Notes under the pieces: model-generated
What the model was told of the DNA's origin: nothing
What the model saw: the letters and a program-made list of their open reading frames with translations, nothing else
The model's database searches: none
DNA from: Octopus bimaculoides
Lineage: Eukaryota
Assembly: GCF_001194135.2 (NCBI RefSeq)
Contig: NC_068983.1
Span: 64,363,232-64,407,478 of the forward strand
Direction of reading: 5' to 3'
Length of the DNA: 44,247 nt
Shown here: in pieces, positions 1 to 13,200 of the stretch
Position numbering within the stretch: the first letter of the stretch is position 1
Layout of the letters: each line of letters opens with the position of its first letter
Made by a program: the position numbers and the translations under genes

Positions 1-444
1 CTCTCTTTAGAAGTAATTGTCCCTTATGCTATCACCACTAGATAAGAAACAATAAAATCTGAGACAGTTAAAACTTTTGTCTAGAATCAATTACTAGCCC
101 GATAGACTCGGCTATGTCAAGATGGATTTATGTATTCTTCCTCACATTTGGATTTTTATGTATCCTCTCTCCCACTTGGATTTGAAATGTTGCCACATTT
201 ATAATATGTCTTTTCTACAGTAATTTTCTGCATTTTCGTGCAGCTGAAGATTGCTCTTCATATTGCATTTAATGTAATGCTCGCATTACTTAAATAAATT
301 GGAGTAGCATGAAACGTGCGTACTGCAATCACCTTTGAAATCCGTGTTACGTATTTTTTATTATATATATATATATTTAAATATTTGTATTTTACGCGAT
401 TTGTTCCTCCATCTTCCTTTTCTTTTAAATTTTCCTCTGACTCT

Positions 445-580
445 TGTCTCCTGTTTCTGATGAAGAACATTCCTGGAAACCTAAAACACCCTTTCTTTCC
501 TTCCCTGAGCGTCTAATTAATACATTGCGTGTACCCCGTCCTCGCGTTGTCTCTTTTCTTGTTATCTCGTTTTTTTTATT
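445..580 (+). repeat. Probable Penelope-type terminal-repeat remnant with degenerate hammerhead core
   Basis: CTGATGA at 457-463 and GAAAC at 476-480, followed by a pyrimidine-rich tract. The layout resembles the repeat at ~37945-38110 on the opposite strand. Stem II does not pair. Confidence 0.35.
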
Positions 581-629
581 AATCATACACACATACACAC
601 ACACACACACATATGTATATATATAAGAC

Positions 630-1030
630 AATTATATAGAGTCAGATTAATACTGAAAACGGAGCTCAATGCGAAAAAGAAAAGCCGTCCAAGTTATAAT
701 TTACAGCTACAATATTCTTAACTGGACTCTAAATGAACTAATCAAAATAGACAGGAAAACAAGAAAAATAATGACATGATTTAGAATGCACCACCTAAAA
801 TTGAACATAGAAGGTTTTTTATATACAAGGTATTGAAAGTGGTAGAGGCCTTATACAGCTAGAAAACTATTACAAAATAACCAACATAGGACTACAGAAA
901 TACCTACCTCAATTAGCCACAAAACACGAACAAAAGAAAAACTGTTGTCAGTCCTTAAGGAAGCTGACAAATAGAACATAGAAGTTATAGTATCTAAACC
1001 TTTGAAGGAAATTAAGCAACATAAGCTGTA
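630..1030 (+). mobile_element. Decayed non-LTR retrotransposon (RLE-type, R4/Dong-like), post-RT/thumb region
   Basis: Translation across frameshifts gives YRVRLILKTELNA...AVQVIIYSYNILNWTLNELIKIDRKTRKIMT*FRMHH...GRGLIQLENYYKITNIGLQKYL. This matches the typical 'W...E...DRKTRK...MHHPK...GGRGL' segment of R4-like elements. Confidence 0.75.
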
Positions 1031-1218
1031 CAACAACTGAAATCCAGGCTAAAACTCGAACAGCAACGGATCGTGATAAAACGATGGCAGGAAAAGTGGC
1101 GAATACTGGGTTAAACTAAACAGAAATGTAATAGATAAAGCATAATCCCAACAATGGCTGAGAAGCTCAAGACTGAAAAAATGGGCAGAGTGATTTAAAT
1201 ATAGATTTTGTTTTGACA

Positions 1219-1222
<4 letters not shown>

Positions 1223-1302
<80 letters not shown>
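1223..1302. repeat. (GA)n microsatellite
   Basis: Direct observation. Confidence 0.98.
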
Positions 1303-1479
1303 ATGAGGAAAACAAGTACATAGATAGATAGATGGATATTTGTACTTATACACATTACATGCTTACATGTACATACACTAAAATGATGTCTATTCATCTC
1401 ATCATTTCTGCCTTTCTGATCGAATAATATATAAAGTATATTTTCCCTCTCTTGAAGCAATGACGGCCAGCCTTTTTAG

Positions 1480-2330
1480 GCATCAGGAACATTTCAGTGA
1501 ATGTAAAATATAATATATATTCTGAAGCATTTAAGGAGAAATTCGCTTGCAAATCTGCTATATTTTATACATTTCTTTTTGTTTATGGTATATTGTCAAG
1601 GAATGCAACTCCAGAGACTAATCTGTCCGTTGTTTTTCATTGAATTTATGATGGAATTTGCTGTACATTTGTATTGAGCATTCTACTTAATATAATTGAT
1701 TATTTTTTCCATCACAAAAGGAAATTTTTGTCTGAATGTATATGACGAAACATGATCAACTTCATGGAAAACATGTGAATTTATTTTTCATAGTAGAATA
1801 TGCAATTTGCAGAACCGCTTTTCCTGATACATATTTGAAATATTTCTACATAGCTTATGGGGCCAATAATTTAGATTTAATGAGAAATCTTTATAATTAT
1901 GCAATAATTCTACATATCTAATAAGAAAATTTGTATGTATCTAAATGGATTAACGAATATCAAGGGAACTGGCATTGTGACATCATCATATAGGTGTGTA
2001 ATCAAAATTGTAGTCTGGATCACCGAGAGAAATAATGTTACTTCGAACAGCATATAAGAAGATGTCTAGAGAATGAATGGCTTACACTGTTTAATCATTT
2101 TATTTTGTTTGAGGTTACATTCAGAAACAGAACATATTTTAGAGTACATGGATGGGAGTTATTGGTTAACTCATCGTATGCATGGAGATACACAATTACT
2201 ATATGTCTCTGCGTGGAAATATTTGGTGAACAAGATTAATCGTTTCATTCAGCTATGATGCATTGTACCATACGTATTTAAGTTTATTTCTCTGTACTCA
2301 TTCTGTTGCTTTTTCCACATTATACAAATG
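1480..2330 (+). pseudogene. Decayed Cys-loop / nAChR-like subunit fragment A (ECD to M2/M3)
   Basis: Motifs appear in family order across frames: KTCEFIFHS at 1768 (cf. QTCxIxFxS); EYQGN(G)I(W)DII at ~1955 (cf. YxxNGEWDII, needs indels); NVT(F)EQHIRR at ~2033 (cf. beta10-RR); YTITICL at ~2188 (cf. M2 YxITVFL). Multiple stops and frameshifts. Confidence 0.4.
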
Positions 2331-2784
2331 ATGCCGACGGAAATAACTACTTATCTTCTCGGGTTCTGTTTTATCAAGATTGTATGCATTATTCATTACT
2401 TTTAGATTAAATTTCAGGGAAAATATCAGAGGAAATAATATAGTAGTTTTAAGTTTGCTGTTACATGGCTTCTTTTAATTAACCTACTGTGTTAAGGAAA
2501 TCTCATTTTAGCATGATGCAACAATATTGTATTTATGATTTACAGTTATTTCTATTTTATCGTCATACTTTCAAATATTTTGCACTGTATTATTGTGTTT
2601 TTACTTAAGAATCTATGTTTAGAATTTTAAATGTGTAGTAGATTAAAGTGCCTGCAGTAAATATACTGATACATCCATCTATACGGGTGAGACAGTTGTA
2701 TTCTCAAAAACAGGTTTGTTCTCATTCTGGCATGGAAGACTAAGTTATACTTTCACTTTCTTCAATGTAATAATGCATTATATA

Positions 2785-3944
2785 CGAGGTTGGGCTGACA
2801 ATTCATTGGCTAATTATACAAGAGTGGTGCTAGAACTGTGAAATCTTGCATGCATTAAATTCACCTCATTTTATTAACTCCATTGTTTCTTTCCTCCCAG
2901 ACAGGGATCGGGCTGTTCAAAGAAGACTCCAAGAGTAACTAGTAGTTACTTCCCTTGAAAATGGACAAAATTTGGCATCATGATTTGGCATCAAGTACCT
3001 GCAAAAAAGGGTTTAGCCCAAAGATATTCATGATGCCATGGTTGCTACATTAAGGGATGACGCTCCAGCCTTATCAAGTGTGTAAATGAGGCAGCTGAAT
3101 TTAGGAGGGGAATTGAAAGTTCAAATATTTTATCATCCTGCAAATGCCACCACCAAAGAATACATTGATCGTATTTACTACACGGTGATAGATGACAGGC
3201 GATTCGCCATAAATCCAGTTGCCAATGCTATTAGCATATTCCACGAGTTGAGAATTTTCTTTCCAATGAACTTGACATGACAAAAGTTCTGCTCGATGGT
3301 TACCACATATTCTGACACCAGAACAAAAGCGCACCAGGCTCCTCACACCACACGAAAATCTAACATTCTTTCAGCTTGATCCAGTTGTTTCCCCGAAAAT
3401 GTCCTATGCTAGAATGACTGCTGGCTTCCCCGCTCTCCTCACCCACTCCTAAGAAGGCCAAGGAATTTCATGCAGGGACGTTTGAGATGTAATAGCCATT
3501 GTGTTTATTGACTAACTTTAAAAAGGCCACACCATCAACAGAGAGTACCATCCTAATTGCTGAGGTACTACGAAAGACTTTCAAGATCGAAAATACCCAG
3601 GAAAACTGACTAAAGGAAACTTGATTCATCAGATCAGTGCTCCAGCATACAAGTTTTAATTGCTACAATGATTGGCCGTGGCTTTGTACTTGTTGCACCC
3701 GTCACTATTCTTCTGTTTTGGCCCAATCTGACAATCATCTGTAACTGAACATGAAAACTACTTGGCTGGGAACCATTATAGCAGATGTAATGACATCATA
3801 TCTTATGTTCATGACATTTTTGACCAACAGGATGGAAGCCTCTTCACGAATGAGATCCACGCACTGCAACAATATACCTTATTTGATGACATTGCATGAG
3901 AATATTATGCCTGAAAAGCCTATGAGCTTTTCAGATGACCTTCG
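2785..3944 (+). mobile_element. Mariner (Tc1/mariner) DNA transposon, near full length, decayed
   Basis: TA at 2783-2784 precedes the left TIR (CGAGGTTGGGCTGACAATTCATTGGC), which is a degenerate inverted copy of GCCTATGAGCTTTTCAGATGACCTTCG ending at 3944. Transposase remnants start MDKIWH at 2961, followed by frameshifted matches to WVPHILTPEQKRTRL, IVFID, HQxxAPAYK and LAQSDNHL (cf. YSPDLAPSDYHLF). Confidence 0.9.
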
Positions 3945-4389
3945 CAGTCGCCGTGTTTTTTTTTGATATGATGTAATTGATAATACTGCTGTTAATTGAC
4001 GGCTTTAGAACATATGACGCCACAAGAGAAGTTATATTACTAATATCCTATATAACAAGCTCGGTAATGTTGTGAAGTATATGAGAGTATGGGGTGTTTC
4101 GAACTAGGTTGTTGAAAGTGAATATTTCACTGGCTCTGTTTAGATAACAGATCCTAATGTGAGTTTATATTTTTTTCACTCTTAAATTAGTACATTGTAA
4201 TGGTGTTAAGATGGACATAACGGAAAGGTATATACTTTGGGGCTATCAATACTGCGCTACATCTTGAATCGCTGATTAAAGCAATATTTTCATTTACGCG
4301 TTGAATGTTAGAAATTTAAAGTGAACAGAAAATGGTGACGATAGCTTCATTTTCTTATGACAGAATTATTCATTTTTCATTAGATTATT

Positions 4390-4900
4390 TTGGATAAAGA
4401 TTCTATGGCCACAAACGTTACAGACCGTCAAGGACCAGGAAGTGTTATGTAATTAACGTTGATCTTCAACGTTTAATAGTTGAGTGACCGTGGAAATTAT
4501 ATGTAACGGATAAAATACTATAGCGTCGATTTAATTTAAACAAAATGTTATGAATTGGAATCAAGAATTATCTACCAGAATTTGTTCATTATGAAACATC
4601 TTGTACTATATTTAACTTAGTAATTTTAGATATTATAGTATGAGCAAAAATTGTTATGTTATGGGTCACTTGAATTGTTTATCAATATACTAAAGTAATG
4701 AGGGTTAAGAAAATATAACGTCATGGACATATTTAATATATGTAAATATTACAGTATGTAATACTGACTGCGCTGTTGTGAATATATAATCTATAATTCA
4801 TTGGTGATGATTTTTCTTATGATGATGAAAACGAGACTCAAATTTGGCTGGATTAGAACTTTACAAGACTGTAAAGATTCAATGCAGCAAGATATGTTAT
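4390..4900 (+). pseudogene. Decayed nAChR-like fragment B (N-terminal ECD)
   Basis: KRYRP/VKDQ/VINVDLQ at 4413-4470 (cf. RPVKDQ...VNVxxxL), then GIKNYLPE and ETSCTI at 4593 (cf. FETSCxID). Frameshifted, with apparent internal deletions. Confidence 0.4.
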
Positions 4901-4996
4901 CGTAAGAGACAACAGTTCTTATTGTTCACCTAAAAGCTGACTAAATCCGGTGATTTAGTATTTCTATCATTCATTATAACTCATCTATCAAGCAGT

Positions 4997-5201
4997 TAGC
5001 TGGCAGAATCTTTAGCACGCTGGGCAAAATGCTTACCATCATTTTGTCCGTCTTTACGTTCCGAGTTCAAATTCCACAGAGGTCGATCTTGCCTTTCATC
5101 CATCCTGGATAGATAAGATAAGCTACCATTTGAACACTGGGGTCGATGTGATCGACTTACTCCTTCCCGGAAATTGCTGGCCATGAGCCAAAATTTGAAA
5201 T
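4997..5201 (+). mobile_element. tRNA-derived SINE (octopus-type family 1)
   Basis: A-box-like TAGCTGGCAGAATCTTTAGC and B-box GAGTTCAAATTCC, with 3' end CCAAAATTTGAAA. Clearly homologous to 19507-19741 and to 26147-26260 (minus). Confidence 0.85.
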
Positions 5202-5632
5202 ACTAATTACCTATCCTATAATTTTATAAATTAGTTTAAGTTTGATTTGTCTTCATGTGTAGGTTAGATTAGTCGCTACACGGGGTTGTGAGGTGGAGTG
5301 TTTCATTTCAGAAATATGTGCTTTGGCTTCAATCCCAAAGTGTGCTAGTAGGCAGGTGTTAGAATGCCTAAACACGATCTATGAACAAAAATAAGGTTGA
5401 CCCTGTTCTTGCTTGATATATTTAATTCATACCAGAATTTAATTCTGACCACTGGATCTTCAGTGCATTTAGTCGAATACCCTTTGTTGCTTTCAGTCTG
5501 GTAATCTATTTCGCTGAAGATAGCTTTCTCATTTCTACTCATCAGTCCATGAGGTAATGTCTACTGGCGTTGCAGTTAAACCATTCAATGATTCATTACG
5601 CAACAACGCGCGCGCATACCCATACACACACC

Positions 5633-5633
<1 letters not shown>

Positions 5634-5688
<55 letters not shown>
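5634..5688. repeat. (CT)n microsatellite
   Basis: Direct observation. Confidence 0.98.
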
Positions 5689-5692
<4 letters not shown>

Positions 5693-5999
5693 CACACATA
5701 TACATATATCGTAAGGTGTATCTTTCAAACGAATTTTTGATACGTGTATAAAAGCAAATATTTCTACATATTCCGTGAAGCTTTTCATATAACGAGACAT
5801 AATTATTCGTTGACCAAAAATATCCTTTGATGAATGACCCAGTCTATTAGTATTTGGGATTAGAATAAAGATAAAATTTAATTGCATTTATAATACCATT
5901 ATTTCTGCTCAGCTACCATCCAAATATAGCGTGTTGTTTTTGAAAATATAATCTATAAATATATTATAAACGTATTGAATTTGAAAATATTTAATGTTG

Positions 6000-6600
6000 T
6001 AGAATTTATTACAAGAGGTGTGTGAGCTTTCTGAAAGATTGGATCCATTCACTAACCAGATTTATTTGGCTTGCATTAAGTTCAATCTCTACAAAGTTCA
6101 GTCATGAAAGGACCCTGTATTCATGGCCTTATGTAACTCAGACGACCGGATTCCAATTGGTTTGCAAAGAGATTCCAGTAACGCAGTCTGTCTCTGATCC
6201 TGTAATGGCATCCCTAAATAGTGTGCAACAATAGGATTATTGGATATGAGTTTCTAAACATAATTTGAACTCAACATCTAAGGCGTTGTGTTATAATGCA
6301 AGACATATGTCCAAATTCTGAATAATTCCATCACTTAATTGAGATTCCTGAAGGAGACATGCACGTTGATCATAGTGATATGTAAACACAGTGCAGAACG
6401 CAAGACATTGTCCCCATTCAACGCCTTATTCCAGCTAATTTACCGCGAGAAAATAATAGAGATTAGAGAAAATGTCTTGTAGCTTTAAATTCCCTATCTC
6501 TACATTCTGAGTCAAAAGGTCTGTCACTTTGATTCTCCTGTTCATAAGTATCTAAATTGTGTACCAGGCATGCTGTGACTTTGATGTATATATCACCACT
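6000..6600 (-). mobile_element. Possible very old LINE (RTE-like) 3' fragment
   Basis: Weak translated hints only (QFRYL...; IITQRLR...; GIRSSELHKAM). Many stops. Confidence 0.3.
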
Positions 6601-8039
6601 AACAAAATGTATTAGCTTGTAAAAGTAACAGAAATGAATATTCAGATAAAAGAATTAATGTTGTGTCAGGGGAGAGTCATTCTCTTTTAGTGCCTTATAA
6701 TTTTACACAGTCATCGGTAAAATTTCCATTAATTTCTTTTTGAATTTGAACTCGGAACGTAAAGAATTAATGTTGTAAAATAAATGAAACCAGGATAACA
6801 AGTCCAAAGTTCAATTTGCTTTCTTGCGTTTGATAAGAGCGTATTTTGAGTGCGGTTGAGAGGCTCTTTGTCATTTTGAATATATATGTGTGTATATGTG
6901 TGTATGTCTTTCTTTCGTCCTTTCTTTTTCTATGCTTAACAATTCACCACACCCATGGTTACATGCATACATACGCATATATTTATATATACATACTCAC
7001 ACGCACACACATACATTCTATTATTCGATTATTCTTTTATTCTTTTGTATGTTTCAGCCCAAAGGCCGTGGCCATGCTGGAGCCAGTGTAATCACTTTTT
7101 AATTGGCCAAGCCTATGGTGTAGGAGAGAGTTCGACACTGCTTCTCTCTTTTGAATTATCTGCTGTAATAGTGCTTTATCTGAGATCTGGCATTGCAGGA
7201 GGTCAATTATTTCTTGAAAGCATCTACCCCTACTCCATGGAGATCCCTCAGATGGTTGTCAAGGCGTTAAATAGCTGTGGACCCTTGCATCCTACATTAT
7301 TGCAGTACATGGCCCTTACATTATATATANNNNNNNNNNNNNNNNNNNNNNNNNNNNNNNNNNNNNNNNNNNNNNNNNNNNNNNNNNNNNNNNNNNNNNN
7401 NNNNNNNNNNNNNNNNNNNNNNNNNNNNNNNNNNNNNNNNNNNNNNNNNNNNNNNNNNNNNNNNNNNNNNNNNNNNNNNNNNNNNNNNNNNNNNNNNNNN
7501 NNNNNNNNNNNNNNNNNNNNNNNNNNNNNNNNNNNNNNNNNNNNNNNNNNNNNNNNNNNNNNNNNNNNNNNNNNNNNNNNNNNNNNNNNNNNNNNNNNNN
7601 NNNNNNNNNNNNNNNNNNNNNNNNNNNNNNNNNNNNNNNNNNNNNNNNNNNNNNNNNNNNNNNNNNNNNNNNNNNNNNNNNNNNNNNNNNNNNATATATA
7701 TATATAATGTACACTGACACACAGACACACACACACATTCAAAATAACAAACCTCATCTCAGATAACATTCCCAAAACGCCATGATTTACAAAGCCAATA
7801 CAACGAATTCAACTTCAGATTTTTCAACTAACTCACATATATATTTGAAAAGGTAACAATTTCTACAAGAAATCATTCGTGTTGAATCGCTAAATAAATA
7901 GTTTTTTGTCTAAATCTTGACTTCCCTTGTTATGGTAATAATAAAACTGTACATCACTTCAAACAATCTATACATACATACATCACAAAGGCATAATCGA
8001 AGAGACCAGCCTGTCTGTGATGTTGTTTATACTTTCTGT

Positions 8040-8790
8040 CATTCATGTTAAGGAAGTCTGAAGGATAACGCACTAGTTCACAAGTAAATTGAAATACCAA
8101 AATTACACGCTGTTTCTTTGTGGATCACTTAAAACTTTGTGCAAAGAATATGCATGAGAATAAAAAGAGCCTTGACTTAGTTACAGCTTTCGCAAAGGAT
8201 GTAGGGTTGAAATTTGGTCAGGATAAATGCTCTTATATGCTTGTGATAAGTCGGAGAAATGTAAGCCAGGCTAGTAACATCTGCATCAATGATTTGACTG
8301 TTTCCTCTATATCTGACGAGGACTGTTACATCTGTCTAGGGGTGGAGGAAAACATATCTTACAATGGCACCTGTAACAAACAAATACGTGTCATTGAAGA
8401 ATATTTCCACCGAATAAAGAAAATTTGGACCTCAGAACTCCCTGCATTCGATAAAACAGTGGATCACAATGTGTTTGCCGTACCAGCACTCATACCAACA
8501 TTTGGGTTGCTTGATTGGAGTCTAGATGAGATTCAAAAACTACTAACAAGCACACATAATTTCCACATAAACAATGACGTAGGCCGCCTCTACCTAAAAC
8601 GAAAACAAGGCAGCAGAGGCTCAACGTCGTTCCCAAATGCCTTTGAATATCGTCTTATATCCATTCGGCAACACCTTTTTACCACCAAGTGTCGAAGTGC
8701 ATCCCTTGATCAAGTTTGTATCCATGAAACTGAGAGCATCATATGAATTGGAAGGCAGCTCCTTGAGCAACATTTCTTATCTGATAACCT
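8040..8790 (+). mobile_element. R4/Dong-like non-LTR retrotransposon RT fragment
   Basis: ORF 8120-8746 with upstream NTKITRCFFVDHLKL (cf. FVDDLKLY), plus FAKDVGLKFGQDKC, YICLGVEEN, AVPALIPTFGLLDW and RLYLKRKQGSRG. Confidence 0.88.
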
Positions 8791-8849
8791 TTCATTTATT
8801 CGATTGCATCATTGAATTACTTGTAAATAATCTCATCATCTAAGAATCT

Positions 8850-9420
8850 TGTGGTTGACTGTTGCGTAATCTTTTCGAGGGTACTATAAGGCTGTCAAAG
8901 TGATTGGCAAATCTCCGATTTTTCTTGCTGTATTGTTTTGTTGAAAGAGCTATGAACTTTGTTTTACGTCATCTATGTGTCCCTTAAAGCTTTCATATCG
9001 TATTTTATCAGCTTGGTAAAGCTCTTCAGCTTTATGTTTCTATTAATCTGGCTTCCCTTTTCTAATATATTGTAACAGCTTCCTTCTTGCCTTCCCTAGT
9101 TTTCTTGTTTGACCTGTTGTAATTTAGTTTCCGAACCTTTTCAATTTTCCTTTCCTGTAACACATTCCACTCTCGGGGAAATTATGTAGTCTGCCAAGTA
9201 CCAATTCTTGGAGCAATATTGTATGCAGGTGGTTTTTGATGGGCTCCGTGTTGGAAAACATTGTTTGTAATTATCAGGTTGAACTCAGAGTAGAGGGCAG
9301 GACGAAGCTAACTCCACGTTTGCTTGTGACACCAGCGCCTCTGTCTGCATATTTCCCAACCCTTGCATTAAGATTTCACGCAGTTGTCAACTTGGTGTAC
9401 ACCACAAGGTTCATTGTCTA
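8850..9420 (-). mobile_element. RTE-clade LINE fragment (APE endonuclease and linker)
   Basis: Minus-strand LNARVG (cf. GDFNARVG), then EFNLIITNNVFQH...KTTCIQYCSKNWYLADYII (cf. RTE LxITNTxFQ...KTTWMHPRSKHWHLIDY). Confidence 0.7.
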
Positions 9421-9979
9421 ACCCTCACAAAATGTAGAAAGAATTTTATGCTAAACTGAGAGAGGTGCTGTGCAAAATTCCCTGAAATTACACATATACA
9501 TACATACATACATACATACATACAGGCATACATACAGGCATATATACACTCAATCACACACACACAAACACACACACATACACACACAAACACACACATA
9601 TGCATATTATATAACCAAGATTTATTTAGAATATGTCTCAAAACTAAATGCCCAGTCACTGCATAATTTGCATTCATTCATAAACATCCATATGCTTTTT
9701 GCTTTCATTTATAACGCGTTTGAATGCGGTATTTGGACTATAAATGTATTCTGTTTCTCAACACAACTCTCTGCTTATGCAATGACATTTTTTTATCTCC
9801 AAACATATGTTTGAAGTTTATAGATTCTGTAACCTAAGACTTAACATATTTACTAATACACATCGTAAACGATTTAATTACATAATATGAGCTACAATAA
9901 TAGCAGCTAGTGTTTCAAGAAACGTTATATGTATATTAAGAAGCAATCTAAGTACACAGATACAGGACACTTTTCTGTT

Positions 9980-10700
9980 ATCAGACGACGTGCGACATTA
10001 AGGACATGGTATAAGAGCGTGATGTTTGACATTTGTTGAAGCAAATCACAGTATATTCTCTATCCATATATCTTATGTCCCGCGGTACGAGGAATCTAAG
10101 TGTAATCGAAAGTTCTATTAAAGACAATATTCGACGTTTTAGCCCACTGCTTATTTCGATTATAGGTCTGTTTTACAATGGTAAATGACATTTCCTGAAA
10201 CATAATCGAATTTCCGAAATATGCATTCATGTTAATCAATTACCATTCCTAATCTAATGTAGTTAATTGTCAATTAAACTTTACTTCAAGCTGACCTTTA
10301 TAAAGGATCACTGACGAAGAAAAGAACTTTAACTGGCAACATTCATTTTATTACACTCCATACTAATGTCGCCTGTATTAAGCACAATATTGTTGTAAAC
10401 TACACACTAACGCCCAACAGTGGCGGAATGGAATATAATGAATTCATTGATGCGGAAAATACATTCTCAATGCCAACTGAAATCCGTTTGTGTTAGATCT
10501 AATGTGACGTTATATGGCTGCTTGATGTACTATAAATTCAAGCCAAATTTCCTCCTAATCTCATCCTATTATCTTAAGAACAAAAGTACACATTGGAGAA
10601 TATATATGATTTACCGAAAGATAGGGTTAGTCACGGCTGCTGGAATTTGATTTTACCATACCTCTCTTAAAACAACCCCACCTAGGCCTATGCAAAATGC
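9980..10700 (+). pseudogene. Decayed nAChR-like fragment I (Cys-loop to M3)
   Basis: ILYPY..ESKCNRKF at ~10055-10110; NGK(W)DI at 10177 (one-base deletion); RRK..FILLHSILMSPVLSTIL at 10315 (beta10-M1); LTPNSGG at 10407 (cf. LPPDSGE); IQAKFPPN at 10536 (M2-M3 loop). Confidence 0.5.
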
Positions 10701-10759
10701 AATAAAAATCGAAGTGTTTCAATTCTTTTTAAACTTATTACACACTTTGTTTCCTACCT

Positions 10760-11200
10760 TGGAAAACTCCGTAATTTAATTCCGAAATGCTTTCCCTGAT
10801 GTAGTAATGCTAATGGTTTTTATAACTCACACTCTCCAGATTTGTGACCATGTGCACATAACTGTTCTATTTCGGAATAAACTATGAAAAATTGCAAGAA
10901 AATTTACTATATTATTTCACACATAACGCTGTTAAATTTCATTTCCTTAAGAAAAGATTTATTATCTTAATTTGTCTTCTAGATTTAGCGAAATAGACAA
11001 CGACTACGTTATCAAGTACATAATAATGAGTCGTCACAGAATATTAAACGTAAAGACAGTATTCATTTTCACACTTTCATATGTACGAATCCACATATAT
11101 GCGTAAGTTCACAGACAGAGAAAGTGATATATTATGATACATTCCATCATAGACTGTATCCACAAGGGAAGTATAACAATAAACCACTTAGATAATAATG
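10760..11200 (+). pseudogene. Possible decayed nAChR-like fragment J
   Basis: FPDVV(L)ANGF at ~10792-10822 (frameshifted; cf. WxPDxxLxNG) and IKRK at ~11044. Weak. Confidence 0.3.
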
Positions 11201-11639
11201 AAAAAGTGACAACAGCAAACTTGAGCTATTTCCCAAGGCACCACATTATACACAACCGAGGCTGGTGTATGATTGTTCGACTTCAATGCGGATTCAGAAA
11301 TATCATAGTTGTTTAATTGATAAGAATAATAAATGTGAATGTGAGAGAGGAATGTAAAGTGGATTCAAGAGAGAAGAGCTAATATCATAATGAGAATACA
11401 TTTGATTAGGAGATCGTTTGCTTCGAAGCCGCTTAACGCATGACAATATATCGATTTCTTTCATAGATGTAATATATTTTTTCCGTTGAAAGTACAGTAT
11501 CTAATGTATGCCTTGACAATAAGGAATGTCTTACTGATATAAATTACTAATTATTTGTGTATATAGTTTGAGAGACGTATAGTTCTTTGTTCAATATATT
11601 ATTTTAGATGATTCTTAGGTAACTACATTTCCTCTCCGA

Positions 11640-12200
11640 CAAATAAATGACAAAACTGAAAATACTTTTCATCTGGAACTTTCTGAGTGATCTCATTAAC
11701 AGTTAAAATTTGGGGCTTCCAGTATTAAGTACTATGATAATGCAGAAAAATTGAAATAATATATTTAGAAAATCTGTTTCACCTAAACCGAAATCATAAA
11801 AAAACTATGATATCTTAGTTATGGATGTCATTTTATGATTTCCCATGATGATTTGGATACCATTATAAGTAATATTGGCAGGTCTATTGTTGAGGTTTGT
11901 TTTAACATATAGAATGCTTTAGATATTCTCAATAAAGAAACTGAATATGGGTGGTAAGAAGTTTCCTTTGCAATCTTGGTGTCTCAGGTTCGGCCATATT
12001 GTTTGAAATATTGTAGAAGTGACTTCTGTTATATCCTTGGGGAAATTCATGGCTTAAAAACTTTTGGTCTGACGGAAACTGACTGAGAGTCCGTGGAATA
12101 GATTGTGACTATCATTAAAGGTATTCCTCGCCCCCTTGTTACAGGATGTAACGCTTGTGCTAGGGGAAAATCTGTTTTTCTAAATTCCGCAGTCACTTAC
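11640..12200 (-). mobile_element. Decayed Penelope-like element (RT C-terminus and GIY-YIG)
   Basis: Minus-strand remnants NFP..., SILYVKT..ITYNGI, GNHKM and NTGSPKF*LLMR (cf. YSTGSxKCxLCLxEK). Confidence 0.55.
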
Positions 12201-12649
12201 ATGCTAAATTATTGATCGAACAACTGGACGTCTATAAGTGGTTTTCGAAATAATCTGCACTACCTTGTAAATGGTAGGGTACATTATTTCGTACAGTATA
12301 CTACATTGAAAAGTGTATGTCAGATATAAAAATGAAACATTGCATTATAAATATCTGACTCGGGAATACCACAAGTATAGAACTGTCTACACAGAATCAA
12401 TCCTGACGTCTCATGTTAGAGACACATAGTGATGACAAATAGTGACACTGTTCCAATTCCCTGCACTACGAAAACGTCACAGGCATTCAATATAAAACTT
12501 CCTCGGTTATATATAATTCCTGTGTGGTGTACAAAAAGACAATAATCAATTGAATACTTTCTTAGGTAAGTAATGAAAATGATTGATACAAAAAAAAAAT
12601 GAGATTTACAATGCAGCCTTTAGTATGAAAAATGTTATTCCCAAAAGTA

Positions 12650-13200
12650 AACCGAAGATAATATATTGCTTGATTAATTGATAAAACTAAATAATGTCTA
12701 ATGGCTGAATACATTAAACTTGATAGGTATGCAGAGATAGGTTGTAAAGATGGAATTCTGTTTGAAATTGATTCTTATGAAGCGTTGAATTCGTAAAACA
12801 AATTATTAGAATATATGTTTGGTGGGGATAATAATTAATGTAAAACATACAGCGAAATCCAACGCTTTCTAAAAAGAGAAACACTTTTGAATGGAAGCAG
12901 ACAATTCTTTTCAACAAATTAATCAATGTTGTCTTTTCTACAGTGGAAGTATCAAGGATTATCATAAAATATGGATTATGATTCTAAACTACTGATATTC
13001 TGGAGTGGAAAATGACATCCAATCATATTGCTCAAAATACACACTGTGATAATTAGTTCAAAAGATATTTGATAATCCAATTCCATTGGTTTTGAACGAA
13101 AATATAATAACCGTCACAAATATCCAGCTAATTTATAACTATTAACCTATTCCTTTAGCTTTTCTATGACGTGACGATAGAAATCATTACTAGTTCAAAT
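12650..13200 (-). pseudogene. Decayed nAChR-like fragment K (ECD with Cys-loop)
   Basis: ORF 12714-12965 contains FRCMFYINYYPHQTYIL, which fits the C-x13-C Cys-loop if the 2-codon FD is deleted and the second Cys is TGT>TAT. Upstream are TPEYQ and I-I-L-D (cf. IWxPD). Confidence 0.55.

Noticed and set aside
1510-2240. Alternative reading of fragment A as an ionotropic glutamate receptor (FVYGIL.../VEIF)
   Set aside because: The spacing would need most of S2 deleted. The Cys-loop motifs fit order and spacing better and agree with the other fragments.
5345-5560. Possible RTE RT remnant on the minus strand (also 13400-13830 on plus)
   Set aside because: Only vague similarity, with no diagnostic motif readable.
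6955-7775. Long ORFs spanning N-gaps (also at 16181-16507, 26634-27457, 28427-29193, 37600-38144, 39549-40377, 40964-41592)
   Set aside because: Their length comes from X codons in assembly gaps and flanking microsatellites.
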